From Ginglymostoma cirratum (taxonomy: Eukaryota): a stretch of DNA of 64,000 nucleotides. The translations under genes and the position numbers were made by a program. The notes under the pieces are model-generated. The model did not search any database. It saw nothing but the letters and a program-made list of their open reading frames with translations, and was not told the DNA's origin. The stretch spans positions 22,588,005-22,652,004 of the forward strand of contig JAHRHZ010000004.1 of NCBI GenBank assembly GCA_024137785.1. Direction: 5' to 3'. This document shows, piece by piece, positions 62,686 through 64,000 of this stretch. Numbering within the stretch: position 1 is the first letter of the stretch; every line of letters starts with the position of its first letter.

Positions 62686-63510
62686 TGGTGCTTGACACCT
62701 TCCCAATGCTCCTCCTCCACCTTGGACAGTCTTGAAACAGTGATTCCCAGCTGCCTGTGGGAATGCCACATCTCACCTATGAAGCTTGAAGCTGTCCATC
62801 TGGGGCTTGCCTGCTGTTGCAAAGTTGAGAGTAGAGCAACTGCTCGGGGAGCCTCATGTCGGTCATGGGGACCATGTGCCCAGCCCATTGCATCACAGAA
62901 AATTAATGGTCGTGGGACAATATCAGAAGAAGCCTGTTCCAACTCCTTGCCCATTGGAACCTGACAGCACGAACCAGGGGCTCTGACAGAAGACAAATTT
63001 ACAAAACTCTGAGAAATGAATAATAAACCTAAGGCTGTTGCGAGACCCACATGTTTAATGAAGCCACAGAAAGGCTGGATGAATGGAGACTGTGATGAAA
63101 GCAGCCTCTTCCTCTCTGTAAACGGATGCGACTCGAAAGGCCTGGGGCAACCGAACACCAAGAGTAACTGGTTTTTTGTAATGATACAGTTACAGCATGC
63201 ATTAATACACAATTCACTACCACGAGTTACAAAAGGACAGAGGAAAAATGAAAACACTGAATTGGAAAAAGGAAGTGCCGGGTGGAGGAGGAGAGGGGGG
63301 AAGGGCATTTAGTGATTTAGAAAGGAAATAAAGAAAGACTTGAATTTATAAAGTATTTTCTCTTGTCTTGTAGGAATGTCTCAAAGCAAGTGATATTTGA
63401 TAAAGTACTTTGAATTGAAGCAACAGACATGAGGGAGATTTTGACTTTGAGCAATGGAGTAAAACAGGCAATTTCGTTGGCTATCAAAACAAGGAGAGAT
63501 TTAAAATCAG

Positions 63511-63639
63511 AGATAGCAAGAACTGCAGATCCTGGAGTTAGAGACAACACACTGTGGAGCTGGAGGAACACAGCAGGCCAGGCAGCGCCAGAGGAGCAGG
63601 AAAGTTAACGTTTTGGGTTGGGACCCTTCATCAGAAAAT
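63511..63639 (-). mobile_element. Solo PLE family A unit with 13-bp TSD
   Basis: TSD gatttaaaatcag at 63498-63510 and 63640-63652; core CTGATGA-AGGGTCCCAACCC-AAAAC-GTT (GAAA>AAAA). Confidence 0.85.
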
Positions 63640-64000
63640 GATTTAAAATCAGTTCCTAACTTACTTAGCCATTTGCTATTATCACCCAAAGTGAAAAGTT
63701 ACATCATAATGAAGAAAATTCTGGTAGCCATTCTATACAGAATAAGATCCCACAAGCAAAGACCAAGTACTCCGCTTTTGGTCGAGGAGAAAGCACTGAG
63801 AGAGGACGCCTGTGCTTTGTGAAGAAGCTGTGACATACCTGGCCGGAAAAGAGCAGAAACAATGGATACCTGGCAGACATTCCTCTACATCTTGGCTACA
63901 GACGGAAAGTCCCTGTGTGGGTGGGGTGCCAGAGAGCTTGTGCAATTTGTGGCTCCGAGAATACAAAACTGATGTTTAATCAACAGGATAAAGAGTTGAT

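Noticed and set aside
62311-63308. Long ORFs of 217 and 261 aa
   Set aside because: They are open only because they run through the CA microsatellite (HT/CV repeats); there is no protein-like content.

Overview
Repeat-rich vertebrate genomic DNA. The repeat families (HE1-like V-SINEs, HER1-like CR1 LINEs, DeuSINE/SacSINE1-like elements and a 70-bp minisatellite) point to a shark. The window is almost entirely intron of a minus-strand kazrin (KAZN) gene. One clear 192-bp coding exon lies at 33611-33802, and a CpG-richer region near 50.4-51.1 kb holds a candidate alternative promoter and a short first coding exon in the right phase. The most striking non-genic signal is three families of Penelope-like retroelements (PLEs; two with recognisable GIY-YIG motifs), whose 3' ends carry minimal hammerhead-ribozyme cores. 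They occur as longer fragments, as inverted head-to-head dimers, and as ~130-nt solo units with 13-15 bp target-site duplications. There are also three local inverted duplications (135-280 bp arms, 0.4-1.6 kb apart) that look like templated insertions. There are two assembly gaps. Repeat boundaries were read by eye and are approximate; family names are from recalled consensus sequences, not from a search.
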